Translations under genes and position numbers: made by a program | NCBI GenBank assembly: GCA_945898095.1 | Contig: CAMDHE010000002.1 | Span: 6,084 to 70,083 of the forward strand | Direction: 5' to 3' | DNA: 64,000 bases | From: Roseateles toxinivorans | GTDB taxonomy: Bacteria > Pseudomonadota > Gammaproteobacteria > Burkholderiales > Burkholderiaceae_C | Notes under the pieces: model-generated | What the model was told of the DNA's origin: nothing | Database searches by the model: none | What the model saw: the letters and a program-made list of their open reading frames with translations, nothing else | Shown: positions 9,201-18,196 of the stretch, piece by piece | How positions within the stretch are numbered: the first letter of the stretch is position 1 | Layout of the letters: each line of letters begins with the position of its first letter

Positions 9201-9524
9201 ATGGAAACGGTATCCCCAACAATCATCAACCTGATCATCTTCGTGCTGGCGATCTACATCGGCTATCACGTCGTCTGGACGGTCACACCGGCCTTGCACA
9301 CGCCGCTGATGGCGGTGACCAACGCGATCTCGGCGATCGTCATCGTCGGCGCCATGCTGGCGGCGGCGCTGACTGAAACCACGCTCGGCAAGACCATGGG
9401 CGTGCTGGCCGTGGCGCTGGCGGCAGTCAATGTCTTCGGCGGCTTCTTCGTGACGCGCCGGATGCTCGAGATGTTCAAGAAGAAGGAAAAGAAGGCGCCC
9501 GCAGCCGCAGGAGACAAAGCATGA
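9201..9524 (+). CDS. pntAB: NAD(P) transhydrogenase subunit alpha, part 2 (membrane)
   Basis: 107-aa hydrophobic protein between pntAA and pntB. 4-nt overlap with pntB. Confidence 0.9.
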   Translation: METVSPTIINLIIFVLAIYIGYHVVWTVTPALHTPLMAVTNAISAIVIVGAMLAAALTETTLGKTMGVLAVALAAVNVFGGFFVTRRMLEMFKKKEKKAPAAAGDKA

Positions 9525-10945
9525 GCCTGAACCTCGTCACGCTGCTCTACCTGGTTGCCAGTGTCTGTTTCATCCAGGCGCTGAAGGGTCTCAGTCATCC
9601 GACCAGTTCGATCCGCGGCAATCTGTTCGGCATGATCGGCATGGCGATTGCCGTGCTGACCACCGCCGCCTTGATCGTCAAGCTGTCTGGCGGCGCCGGT
9701 CCCGGCATGAGCTATGTGCTGGTCGGACTGGTGATCGGCGGCAGCGCCGGCACCTTGATGGCCAAGCGCGTCGAAATGACCAAGATGCCCGAGTTGGTGG
9801 CCTTCTTCCACAGCATGATCGGCCTGGCAGCGGTGTTCATCGCGGTGGCTGCGGTGGTCGAACCCTGGGCCTTTTCGATCGTGCCCAAGGGCGGCGAGAT
9901 CCCGGGCGGCAACCGCATCGAACTGGCGCTGGGTGCCTTCATCGGCGCGGTCACCTTCACCGGCTCGGTCATTGCCTTCGGCAAGCTCAGCGGCCAGTAC
10001 AAGTTCCGCCTGTTCCAGGGCGCACCGGTGCAGTTCGCGGGCCAGCACAAGGTCAACCTGGTGCTGGGCTTATTGGCTTTGTGGGCCTGCGCGGTGTTCT
10101 TCCACACGGGCTACCAGCACGCCTTCGTGATCGTCATCCTGCTGGGCTTGGTGCTGGGCGTGACGCTGATCATCCCGATCGGCGGCGCCGACATGCCGGT
10201 GGTGGTCTCGATGCTGAACAGCTATTCGGGCTGGGCCGCAGCAGGCATCGGTTTTTCGCTGAACAACGCGATGCTGATCATTGCCGGCAGCCTGGTCGGT
10301 AGCTCGGGTGCGATCCTCAGCTACATCATGTGCAAGGCGATGAACCGCAGCTTCTTCAATGTGATCGGCGGCGGCTTCGGCGGCGAAGCGACATCGGCGG
10401 CTGCAGGCAGTGCGGTACAGCGTCCGGTCAAGAGCGGCAGCGCCGACGATGCGGCCTTTGTGCTGGGCAATGCCGAGACCGTGGTCATCGTGCCCGGCTA
10501 TGGCCTGGCCGTGGCCCGCGCGCAGCACGCGGTGAAAGAACTGGCGGCCAAGCTGACGGCCAAGGGCATCACCGTCAAGTACGCGATCCACCCGGTGGCC
10601 GGCCGCATGCCTGGCCACATGAACGTGCTGCTGGCCGAGGCCGAAGTGCCGTACGACCAGGTCTTCGAGATGGAAGACATCAACGGCGAATTCGGCCAGG
10701 TCGATGTGGCCATCATCCTGGGCGCCAATGACGTGGTGAACCCAGCCGCCCATGTCAAGGGCAGCGCGATCTACGGCATGCCCATCCTCGAGGCCTACAA
10801 GGCCAAGACCATCATCGTCAACAAGCGTTCGATGGCCGCCGGTTATGCGGGCCTCGACAACGAGTTGTTCTATATGGACAAGACGATGATGGTGTTCGGC
10901 GATGCGAAAAAAGTCGTCGAGGACATGCTGAAGGCGGTGGAATAA
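9521..10945 (+). CDS. pntB: NAD(P) transhydrogenase subunit beta
   Basis: 474 aa. Multi-TM N-terminus plus dIII NADP-binding domain (VPGYGLAVARAQH..., HPVAGRMPGHMNVLLAEA). Confidence 0.95.
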   Translation: MSLNLVTLLYLVASVCFIQALKGLSHPTSSIRGNLFGMIGMAIAVLTTAALIVKLSGGAGPGMSYVLVGLVIGGSAGTLMAKRVEMTKMPELVAFFHSMIGLAAVFIAVAAVVEPWAFSIVPKGGEIPGGNRIELALGAFIGAVTFTGSVIAFGKLSGQYKFRLFQGAPVQFAGQHKVNLVLGLLALWACAVFFHTGYQHAFVIVILLGLVLGVTLIIPIGGADMPVVVSMLNSYSGWAAAGIGFSLNNAMLIIAGSLVGSSGAILSYIMCKAMNRSFFNVIGGGFGGEATSAAAGSAVQRPVKSGSADDAAFVLGNAETVVIVPGYGLAVARAQHAVKELAAKLTAKGITVKYAIHPVAGRMPGHMNVLLAEAEVPYDQVFEMEDINGEFGQVDVAIILGANDVVNPAAHVKGSAIYGMPILEAYKAKTIIVNKRSMAAGYAGLDNELFYMDKTMMVFGDAKKVVEDMLKAVE

Positions 10946-10980
10946 CTTTCAGCAGCGCCGGTACTGAGCAGAATCCGGCC

Positions 10981-11706
10981 ATGTTTCCGCGTTTCTTTGT
11001 CGACATTGCGCTCGCCGGTCATGGGCCCGAGCTGAGCCTGCCGCCGGGTGCGGCGCGTCATGTTCAAGTGCTGCGTCTGCAACCGGGCGCGGCGCTGACC
11101 TTGTTCGACGGCACCGGTTTCGACTGGCCGGCGCAGTTATTGCGCATCGGCCGCTCCGAGGTTGTCGTGCAGTTGGGCGCAGGCCAGGCGGTGCAGCGCG
11201 AACTGGCCCAGTCAGTCACCCTGGCGCTGGTGATGCCGGCCAATGACCGGATGGACTTTGTGCTGGAAAAAGCGACCGAACTCGGCGCGGCTGCGGTGCA
11301 GCCCTTGATGAGCGAACGCTCGGTGCTGCGCCTGAATGCCGAGCGCGCGCTGAAAAAGGTCGCGCATTGGCAGGCCGTCGCCGTGGCTTCCTGCGAGCAA
11401 TCGGGCCGCGCCGTCGTGCCGCAGGTCTTGCCGGTGCTGAGCTTGGCGCAATGGCTGCAGAACCTGCCGCCAGCCAATGGCCAGAAGCGCTGGCTGCTCA
11501 GCCCGACCGCGGCCCGACCGGTCAAGGGCTTGGCGCGCGAGCCGGCAAGCAGCCTGCTAGTCTTGTCAGGTCCCGAAGGCGGGCTCAGCCCGGCCGAAGA
11601 ACAGGCTGCCGTGGAGAAAGGCTTTGAAGCCGTTCAGCTCGGGCCGCGTATCCTGCGCGCCGACACCGCGCCGCTGGCCTTGCTGGCTTGGCTGGCGCTG
11701 GCATGA
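10981..11706 (+). CDS. rsmE: 16S rRNA (uracil1498-N3)-methyltransferase RsmE
   Basis: MFPRFFV... N-terminus and C-terminal SPOUT knot GPEGGLSPAE...LGPRILRADTA. Confidence 0.9.
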   Translation: MFPRFFVDIALAGHGPELSLPPGAARHVQVLRLQPGAALTLFDGTGFDWPAQLLRIGRSEVVVQLGAGQAVQRELAQSVTLALVMPANDRMDFVLEKATELGAAAVQPLMSERSVLRLNAERALKKVAHWQAVAVASCEQSGRAVVPQVLPVLSLAQWLQNLPPANGQKRWLLSPTAARPVKGLAREPASSLLVLSGPEGGLSPAEEQAAVEKGFEAVQLGPRILRADTAPLALLAWLALA

Positions 11707-12869
11707 ATATCCAATTGCTGCTGCTGACGGTCTGCCAGGGCCTGTTCCTCACCAACAACGTCACTTTCATCGCCATCAATGGCCTGGTCGGATTGGCGCT
11801 GGCGCCATCAGCCTGGATGGCGACGCTGCCGGTTTGCGCCTATGTCGCGGGTGGTGCCATGTTTGCTCCGCTGGTGGCGCGCCATCAGCGCGCGCTTGGC
11901 CGGCAGCGCGCGTTCCAGCTCGGCCTGCTGGTGGCGATGGTTTCATGCGGCCTGGCGGCTTGGGCGGTCGTGCAACAGCAGTTCTGGTGGGTCGTCTTCG
12001 CCACCTTGCTGGCCGGCTATTTCAATGCGACCGCCGGTCTGTACCGCTTTGCCGCCACCGAACTGGTGCTGCCATCGCACCAGGAGCGCGCCATCTCCTG
12101 GGTGCTGGCCGGCGGCATCCTCGGCGCCGTGACCGGACCCAATCTTGCCAATGCCAGCAAGGGCTTGCTGACCCAACCCTTTGCCGGCGCCTATCTGGTG
12201 TTGATCGGCGTGGCGATGCTGTCCTTCATGGTGATGTCATTCATCCGTTTCCCACCACTCCAGCAGGGCAGCGGTGCCACACCGCTGGGTCGAAGCTTGC
12301 GCGAACTGGCACGCCAACCGGTCTTCGTCGTTTCGATCGCCGCCTGCGCGCTGGGCTATGGTGTGATGAACTTGTTGATGGCAGCCACGCCGATCGCGAT
12401 GGCGCAATGCTCGCATCCATTCGACAAGACCGCGCTGGTGCTGGAATGGCATGTGCTGGGCATGTTCGTACCGAGCTTTTTCACTGGCAGCCTGATCAAG
12501 CGCTTCGGCGCTTTGCCAGTGATGGCGACGGGCGTGGTGCTGAACCTGGTCTGCGTCGTGATTGCCCTGATGGGGGTCGAACTGATGCACTTCCTCGCCG
12601 CGCTGCTGTTGCTGGGCATGGGCTGGAACTTCCTCTTCATCGGCGGCACAACGCTGTTCACCCAGGCCTACCGGCCCGAAGAGAAGACCACCGCGCAGGC
12701 CGCGATGGACTTCTTCATCTATACGACGATGACGGTGACCTCGTTTGCGTCCGGCGCCCTGGTCACCACCGGCGGCTGGACCTGGATGAACCTGGGCTCC
12801 TTGCTGCCATTGGCGGCAACCGGCGCGGCGCTGGCCTGGCTGGCCCGCCGCAAACTTCAGCCGGCCTGA
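11703..12869 (+). CDS. MFS transporter
   Basis: About 12 predicted TM segments. ATG at 11703 overlaps the rsmE stop (ATGA). The track ORF starts at 11688. Confidence 0.85.
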   Translation: MNIQLLLLTVCQGLFLTNNVTFIAINGLVGLALAPSAWMATLPVCAYVAGGAMFAPLVARHQRALGRQRAFQLGLLVAMVSCGLAAWAVVQQQFWWVVFATLLAGYFNATAGLYRFAATELVLPSHQERAISWVLAGGILGAVTGPNLANASKGLLTQPFAGAYLVLIGVAMLSFMVMSFIRFPPLQQGSGATPLGRSLRELARQPVFVVSIAACALGYGVMNLLMAATPIAMAQCSHPFDKTALVLEWHVLGMFVPSFFTGSLIKRFGALPVMATGVVLNLVCVVIALMGVELMHFLAALLLLGMGWNFLFIGGTTLFTQAYRPEEKTTAQAAMDFFIYTTMTVTSFASGALVTTGGWTWMNLGSLLPLAATGAALAWLARRKLQPA

Positions 12870-14152
12870 TCGGACGGCGCGGCCGCTGCGGTCGGTTTTG
12901 GCGTGCGCGCCGAGCCAGCCACCAGCTCGAAGCAGAACAGCCTGCATTCGATCGGGCCGTTCCACATCGGCACGCGGCGCGATTCCTTCAAGCGCATCTG
13001 GTTCGGCAATTTCATGTCAGGGCTCAAGACCCAGGCGGTCCAGCCGGCGGGATTTTGCGTGTAAGCACGCTTCCAATGCGAAGCCAGCAGCGGGAAAAAG
13101 TCGTCGCTGGTATCGCGTTGCTCGGAGCCCGAAGCATCGCGGCTCATCATCTGGCTGCCCGCGGCCTTGCCACCGACCTCGATCCGCTCGCCATAAGGCG
13201 GGTTCATCACCAGCGTGCCATGCATGCCTTCGGGCAGAGCCGGCGCCGGGCGTTCCAGCGCATCGCCACCATTGAACTGGATGTACTGGGCCACGCCGGC
13301 ACGCTCGGCATTGCGGCGTGAAAAATCGACCATGCGGAATGAGACATCGCTGGCAAAGATCGGCACGGCCGGTGCATGCTCGCGGTCCTTGGCGGCCTGC
13401 TTGATCGCCTGCCAGCGTCCCCGCAGCGGCACAAACGGCAGCTGCCGCTCGAAGGCAAAGCGGCGCTGCATGCCAGCCGCCATGCCGCAGGCGATCTGCG
13501 CGGCCTCCACGGCGATCGTGCCCGAGCCGCAGCAGGGGTCATGCAGGGCGCCGCCGGCGTCAGGGCTGCCCTTCCAACCGGCTGCGGCCAGCACCGCCGC
13601 CGCCAGCGTTTCCTTCAAGGGCGCATCGCCCTTGTCCTCGCGCCAGCCGCGCTTGAACAGCGGCTCGCCCGAGGTGTCGACATACAGCGTGGCATCGGTC
13701 TCGCTCAGATGCATCATCACCGGCAGGTCGGGGAATCTTGTGTCGACGCTGGGGCGCTCGCCGGTGGCGTCGCGCAGCGTGTCGCAGATCGCGTCCTTGA
13801 CCCGCAGATTGGCGAAGTTCAGGCTGCGCAGCGGTGAATGGCGGGCCGTTGTGTCGACGCGGATCGTCTCGGCCGGCGTGATCCATTGGGTCCAGTCGAT
13901 CCGGCGCGCCAGCGCATAGATGTCGTCCTCATGGCGATAGCCGCCGCTGATCAGCTCGATCAGCACCCGCTGCGCCAGCCGGCTTTCGAGGTTGAGCTTC
14001 ATCACGCCTTCGAGATCGCTCTTCAGGGCCACCCCGCCGCGCAGCACCTCGATATGGGTTTTCGGCAAAATGCCGCGGATTTCCTCGTCGAGCAAACGTT
14101 CGACGCCAGAAGCGCAGGAGAGAAAAAGTTGGAGAGATTCTTTGGCAGCCAT
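12857..14152 (-). CDS. THUMP-domain class I SAM-dependent RNA methyltransferase (RlmL-N-like)
   Basis: ORF trimmed to ATG at 14152 (MAAKESLQLFLSCASGVERLL...). THUMP region followed by methyltransferase motifs DPCCGSGTI and NPPYGER. 3' end overlaps the MFS gene by 13 nt (convergent). Confidence 0.9.
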   Translation of the reverse strand: MAAKESLQLFLSCASGVERLLDEEIRGILPKTHIEVLRGGVALKSDLEGVMKLNLESRLAQRVLIELISGGYRHEDDIYALARRIDWTQWITPAETIRVDTTARHSPLRSLNFANLRVKDAICDTLRDATGERPSVDTRFPDLPVMMHLSETDATLYVDTSGEPLFKRGWREDKGDAPLKETLAAAVLAAAGWKGSPDAGGALHDPCCGSGTIAVEAAQIACGMAAGMQRRFAFERQLPFVPLRGRWQAIKQAAKDREHAPAVPIFASDVSFRMVDFSRRNAERAGVAQYIQFNGGDALERPAPALPEGMHGTLVMNPPYGERIEVGGKAAGSQMMSRDASGSEQRDTSDDFFPLLASHWKRAYTQNPAGWTAWVLSPDMKLPNQMRLKESRRVPMWNGPIECRLFCFELVAGSARTPKPTAAAAPSDQAG

Positions 14153-14260
14153 GGCGCTATTGTCCCGGAACTGAAGGCAGTGGCTGCAGCACTGGCACAA
14201 GCCTGGTCCTGGGCGGCGATACTCGCCAACTGGCTCCCTTTGCCGACAAGGAATTCCCCG

Positions 14261-14848
14261 TTGAAATTCAAGCTGAATGAAAAGTCGCTCTTCGCCATTT
14301 TGCTGCGCTCGCCCTGGTGGATCAGCTACGCCATCGCGATCGCGATCGGGGTGGCCGGCATGGCTTTGCTGCCGGCCAATCTGTACCTGATCGGCGCACT
14401 CGGCGGGTTCTCGTTTATCGTCATCGGCTCGATCGCGGCCTACCGCCAATTCCAGGCACCCAGCAATGCCCATGTGGCAGGCACGCTGGAGAAAATCGCC
14501 GCAATGTCATGGCGCGAATTCTCCGCCGCACTCGAAAAAGCCCTGCTCCGCCAAGGCTTCGAGATCGAGCGACTGAAAGGCGATGCAGCGGATTTACTGG
14601 CTAGCAAAGCCGGCCGCAGCACGCTGATCGCCTGCAAGCGCTGGAAAGCAGCCCGCCTGGGCATCGAGACATTCCAGGCGCTTCACCAGGCTGGCGAGAC
14701 GATGGAGGCGAACGGCTGCCTGTGCATCACCACGGCCGAGGTCACCGACAAGGCGATGCAATATGCCGCAGCCCACCAGATCCGCTTGATCCGGGCGACC
14801 GAGCTGGCGCATCTGCTGCGGCCGTTTCTGGTCAGCCAGAAAACCTGA
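14261..14848 (+). CDS. Membrane-anchored restriction-endonuclease-like (Mrr_cat) protein
   Basis: TTG start at 14261 (AAGGA 9 nt upstream) gives MKFKLNEKSLFAILLRSPWWISYAIAI... Two TM helices, then the Mrr-type core ...GDAADLLASKAGRSTLIACKRWK... Confidence 0.75.
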   Translation: MKFKLNEKSLFAILLRSPWWISYAIAIAIGVAGMALLPANLYLIGALGGFSFIVIGSIAAYRQFQAPSNAHVAGTLEKIAAMSWREFSAALEKALLRQGFEIERLKGDAADLLASKAGRSTLIACKRWKAARLGIETFQALHQAGETMEANGCLCITTAEVTDKAMQYAAAHQIRLIRATELAHLLRPFLVSQKT

Positions 14849-14888
14849 GCCTGTCGACCATGGCAAGCCATCCGTTCAGCGCAAGAAC

Positions 14889-15491
14889 ATGACCGGCAGA
14901 AGCCTGTTCGAGGCCGAGAATCTGGCTTTCTCCTATCCCGGCCTGGATCTGATCAACGGCCTATCGTTCGCGATCAAGCCCGGCTTGACCCTGCTGCGCG
15001 GCGGCAGCGGGCGTGGCAAGAAGACCTTGCTGCGCTTGATCAGCGGTGAGTTGCAGCCCAGCTCAGGACTTGCCGTACGACGGGCAAAAACCCAATGGTG
15101 CGAAGACCCGGCGGACCCCGGCAGCGACGACATCATCGCGCGCGCCTGGCTGGCGGCGCGGCGCGCCCGCTTCAGCCAATGGCAGGTAGACCTGGAAGCG
15201 GATCTGATCGAAGGTTTCGGCCTGAGCCCACATATCGACAAGCCGCTCTACATGCTTTCGACCGGCAGCCGGCGCAAGGTCGGGTTGCTGGGCGCTGCCG
15301 CGAGTGGCGCCGAGCTGACCCTGATCGACCGTCCGTTCGCTGCGCTGGATGCAAGCTCCAGCCGCTTGCTGGCGCAACTGCTCGCCGCTGCCGCAGCGAA
15401 TCAAAGCCTTGCCTGGGTGATCGTCGACTATGAACTGCCGGCCTGCCTTTCAGGCCTGGCCTTGGCAGGCCTGATCGACCTGGGCGACTGA
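14889..15491 (+). CDS. Orphan ABC-type nucleotide-binding-domain protein with degenerate catalytic motifs
   Basis: 200 aa. Walker A-like GGSGRGKKTLL, signature-like LSTGSRRKV, Walker B LTLIDRPFAALD (Arg where the catalytic Glu is expected). No cognate permease adjacent. Confidence 0.75.
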   Translation: MTGRSLFEAENLAFSYPGLDLINGLSFAIKPGLTLLRGGSGRGKKTLLRLISGELQPSSGLAVRRAKTQWCEDPADPGSDDIIARAWLAARRARFSQWQVDLEADLIEGFGLSPHIDKPLYMLSTGSRRKVGLLGAAASGAELTLIDRPFAALDASSSRLLAQLLAAAAANQSLAWVIVDYELPACLSGLALAGLIDLGD

Positions 15492-15492
15492 A

Positions 15493-15678
15493 GGTCAAGG
15501 CGCTGCGCAGCAGCGTGCCGCGCAGTCCGGCGCGTTCGGCGGCCTGCTGGATCAGCCCCGATGCCTTCACCTGCTTGGCGAATTCACGCGCATAGTCCAG
15601 GCGCTCGTCGCGTCCCTTGGGGATCGCAATCGCCAGTGGCTCCGGGCCCCAGGGGCTGAAAAATCCAAGGCCATCATG
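15493..15678 (-). pseudogene. C-terminal remnant of a periplasmic solute-binding protein (ABC family-3 type)
   Basis: Own reverse translation after an in-frame TGA at 15679-15681: HDGLGFFSPWGPEPLAIAIPKGRDERLDYAREFAKQVKASGLIQQAAERAGLRG... This matches only the last ~60 residues of such proteins. No N-terminal part. Confidence 0.45.
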
Positions 15679-15698
15679 TCAACGATAAACGCCAACCC

Positions 15699-16586
15699 TC
15701 AGGTAAACACCCGCAATCTGCAAGGCAAGGCAAGGCGCTGTTGATCTGACCGCCATTTCAACCCGGTGAATTTTCGCGGTTTGAAATATTCCTCCACCGT
15801 ATCCCAGGCTGCCGTCTGAAGCACAGCGACAAGCTCCGGGCTCAAGCCCGCCGTATAGCCAAGCCCCACCGGCGACTTGCGATAAAAGCTGGCATAGGCG
15901 GTGGCCGCAGCCAGGTAAGTGCCGGCCAGGCTGGGGTGCCGCTTGTCGGCTTGGTAGAGCTCGATGTCAGGCCGCCGCGCTACGACCTTGGCGAAGGCCA
16001 GGCCGGCAGGAATCACCAACGCATCGTTGGCATTACCGGCCAGCGTGTATTGCTCGGCCAGGCCCTTGATCATTTCGGGCTTGTCCTTGTAGGCCCAGCT
16101 CATGAACAGCACCGGGCGCACGCCGCCCTTGACCAGAGTCGCCGAATGCTTGCGCACCGTCTCGTGGAAGACCTTCTGAAGTTGCGGATGAACCGGGCAT
16201 TGGCTGCAGTCCATCATGATCGCGCTGTCGTACTGGCGGCCCGGTGGATTGAAGCGGATCTCGTTGTCACCGACGAAAGAATAGCGGCCGAGTCCATCGG
16301 GTCGCAACAGCGATTCCATGTCATGCCAGTCCAGCCCCGAACCGTTGATCGTGACCGAGGTACTGCGAACGCCTTTCACTCCGGCGGCCGCAGCGAGCCG
16401 GCCGAAATGGCTGTGCATGCTGTTGTTGTAATAAAAAAAGCTGTTGCCGACCCAGAGCAGCGCCTTGGGCGCAGGATCGATCTGCTTCACCATCGCTTGG
16501 GTCTGGGCTTGCAGGTTCAGCGAAGTAGCGAGGAGGCAGCACAGCCCCAAGGCAAGCGCCAGCCGGCGGGGAAAAAATGGTTTCAT
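15699..16586 (-). CDS. Secreted SGNH/GDSL-like hydrolase family protein
   Basis: ORF trimmed to ATG at 16586 (MKPFFPRRLALALGLCCLLATSLNLQA signal peptide). Block I VGNSFF and block V DKRHPS. Confidence 0.7.
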   Translation of the reverse strand: MKPFFPRRLALALGLCCLLATSLNLQAQTQAMVKQIDPAPKALLWVGNSFFYYNNSMHSHFGRLAAAAGVKGVRSTSVTINGSGLDWHDMESLLRPDGLGRYSFVGDNEIRFNPPGRQYDSAIMMDCSQCPVHPQLQKVFHETVRKHSATLVKGGVRPVLFMSWAYKDKPEMIKGLAEQYTLAGNANDALVIPAGLAFAKVVARRPDIELYQADKRHPSLAGTYLAAATAYASFYRKSPVGLGYTAGLSPELVAVLQTAAWDTVEEYFKPRKFTGLKWRSDQQRLALPCRLRVFT

Positions 16587-16755
16587 GATCGAACTTTCTG
16601 CATGAATTTGGATCGGTGGATCGGCCTTGCAGAGCAATATACTTTGCAAAAAATGAATAATCATGCCACCCAGAGCAGTCGATTTGAGCTTGAAAACCCG
16701 CAAGCTCTTGGTACAGAACCCCAAGTGGGGGCAGCCTGCTTTTCGGACGGCTTGG

Positions 16756-17931
16756 TCAGCGTGCCGCAGCCAGCCCGGCTTTCAGCCTTGCAAGGCCCTG
16801 ATCCAGGCTGGTTTCGGAGGCCGCAAAGCACCAGCGGATGAAGCCTTCGCCTTCAGGCCCGAAGGCAGCACCGGGCGCCAGACCGAGGTCGAATTCGGTC
16901 GCCAGACGCTTGCAGAACGACAGGCTGTCGCTGATGCCGTCAACCCGGAAAAATGCATACATCGCCCCTGGTGGCGCCACCGCCTGGACCTGTGGCAAGG
17001 CGTTGAGCGCCGGGATCAAGAAGTCCCGCCCCGCTTTGAGCCTGGCAACAAAACTCGCCACCGCAGCTTCGCCGCGATTGACCGCGACGACGCCTGCACG
17101 CTGAACGAAGGCCGGGGCGCAACTGGTATTGAATTCGATCAGCTTGGCCAGGTCAGGGACCAAGTCCGCCGGCGCGGTGATCCAACCGAGCCGCCAACCG
17201 GTCATCTGCCAGGACTTGGAAAAAGTATTGATCGAGACCACCCGGTCAGCCGAGCCGGCAAGATCCAGAAAAGTCGGCGCGCAGCCGCCTGCAGCTTCGA
17301 AATACAGCCGCTCATAAGCATCGTCGGCGAGGATCCAGATGCCGCGCTGGCGACAATGCTCGAGCACGGCTTGCTGCTGCTCGCGCGGCATGGTCCAGCC
17401 GGTCGGGTTGTTGGGCGAATTGACGATCAGCAACCGGGTCGCCGGAGTCAGCGCATCGAGCAGGCGCTGCAGATCCAGCGTCCATCCTGCCGGGCTGAAA
17501 TCGAGTGCCACGCTGCAGACTTTGGCGCCGAGTATTTTCGGCCCCTCGACCAGATTGGGCCAGACCGGGGTGACGACGACAACCCGGTCGCCCGGATCGA
17601 TCAGCGCCTGCTGCACGATGGCAATCGCATTCATGCCGGAATTGGTCACCGCGATCTGGTCCGGGCTGCAAGCCTGGTGCAGCCGCGACGAATAAGTCGC
17701 AAGCGCCTGCCGCAGTTCGGGAATGCCGAGGTTGTGGGTATAGAAAGTCTCGCCGGCCTGCAAGCTGGTGATCGCTTCCTGGCAGATGAAGCCTGGCGTG
17801 ACCTGATCAGGCTCACCAAACCAGAAAGCCAGCAAATCCGGCCTGCCCATGCCGGCATTGGCAACCTCGCGGATTTTCGACGCAGCCAAGGCATGCACAG
17901 CCGGCCGGGCCAACCGGTTCGCGTTATTCAT
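16756..17931 (-). CDS. Pyridoxal-phosphate-dependent aminotransferase (class I/II)
   Basis: 391 aa. Typical fold-type I pattern including NSPNNPTG and SFSKSWQMTGWRLGW (PLP lysine). Confidence 0.9.
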   Translation of the reverse strand: MNNANRLARPAVHALAASKIREVANAGMGRPDLLAFWFGEPDQVTPGFICQEAITSLQAGETFYTHNLGIPELRQALATYSSRLHQACSPDQIAVTNSGMNAIAIVQQALIDPGDRVVVVTPVWPNLVEGPKILGAKVCSVALDFSPAGWTLDLQRLLDALTPATRLLIVNSPNNPTGWTMPREQQQAVLEHCRQRGIWILADDAYERLYFEAAGGCAPTFLDLAGSADRVVSINTFSKSWQMTGWRLGWITAPADLVPDLAKLIEFNTSCAPAFVQRAGVVAVNRGEAAVASFVARLKAGRDFLIPALNALPQVQAVAPPGAMYAFFRVDGISDSLSFCKRLATEFDLGLAPGAAFGPEGEGFIRWCFAASETSLDQGLARLKAGLAAAR

Positions 17932-18196
17932 CTGTCAGATCCTCATGTCAATCGGTCGAACCAAGAGCAGGCTCATCGTGAATGTTAGGGCTGAAGCGCC
18001 CGCCTGGACCCTGCGACAAGCGCTGACTTCACCGTCGCCCCGCTCGCTTCACCACTTCGGCCCATTTGATCCGTTCGATGTGGATAGATCTTGTCAGAAA
18101 CTCGGCCGCCGCGCCGCCGCCCTTGCAAGGCACCGGCAGCAGGTCGGTGCTCGCCATTGACTTGAGCAATTCCATCAATCGAAACCGGAGCTTGAA

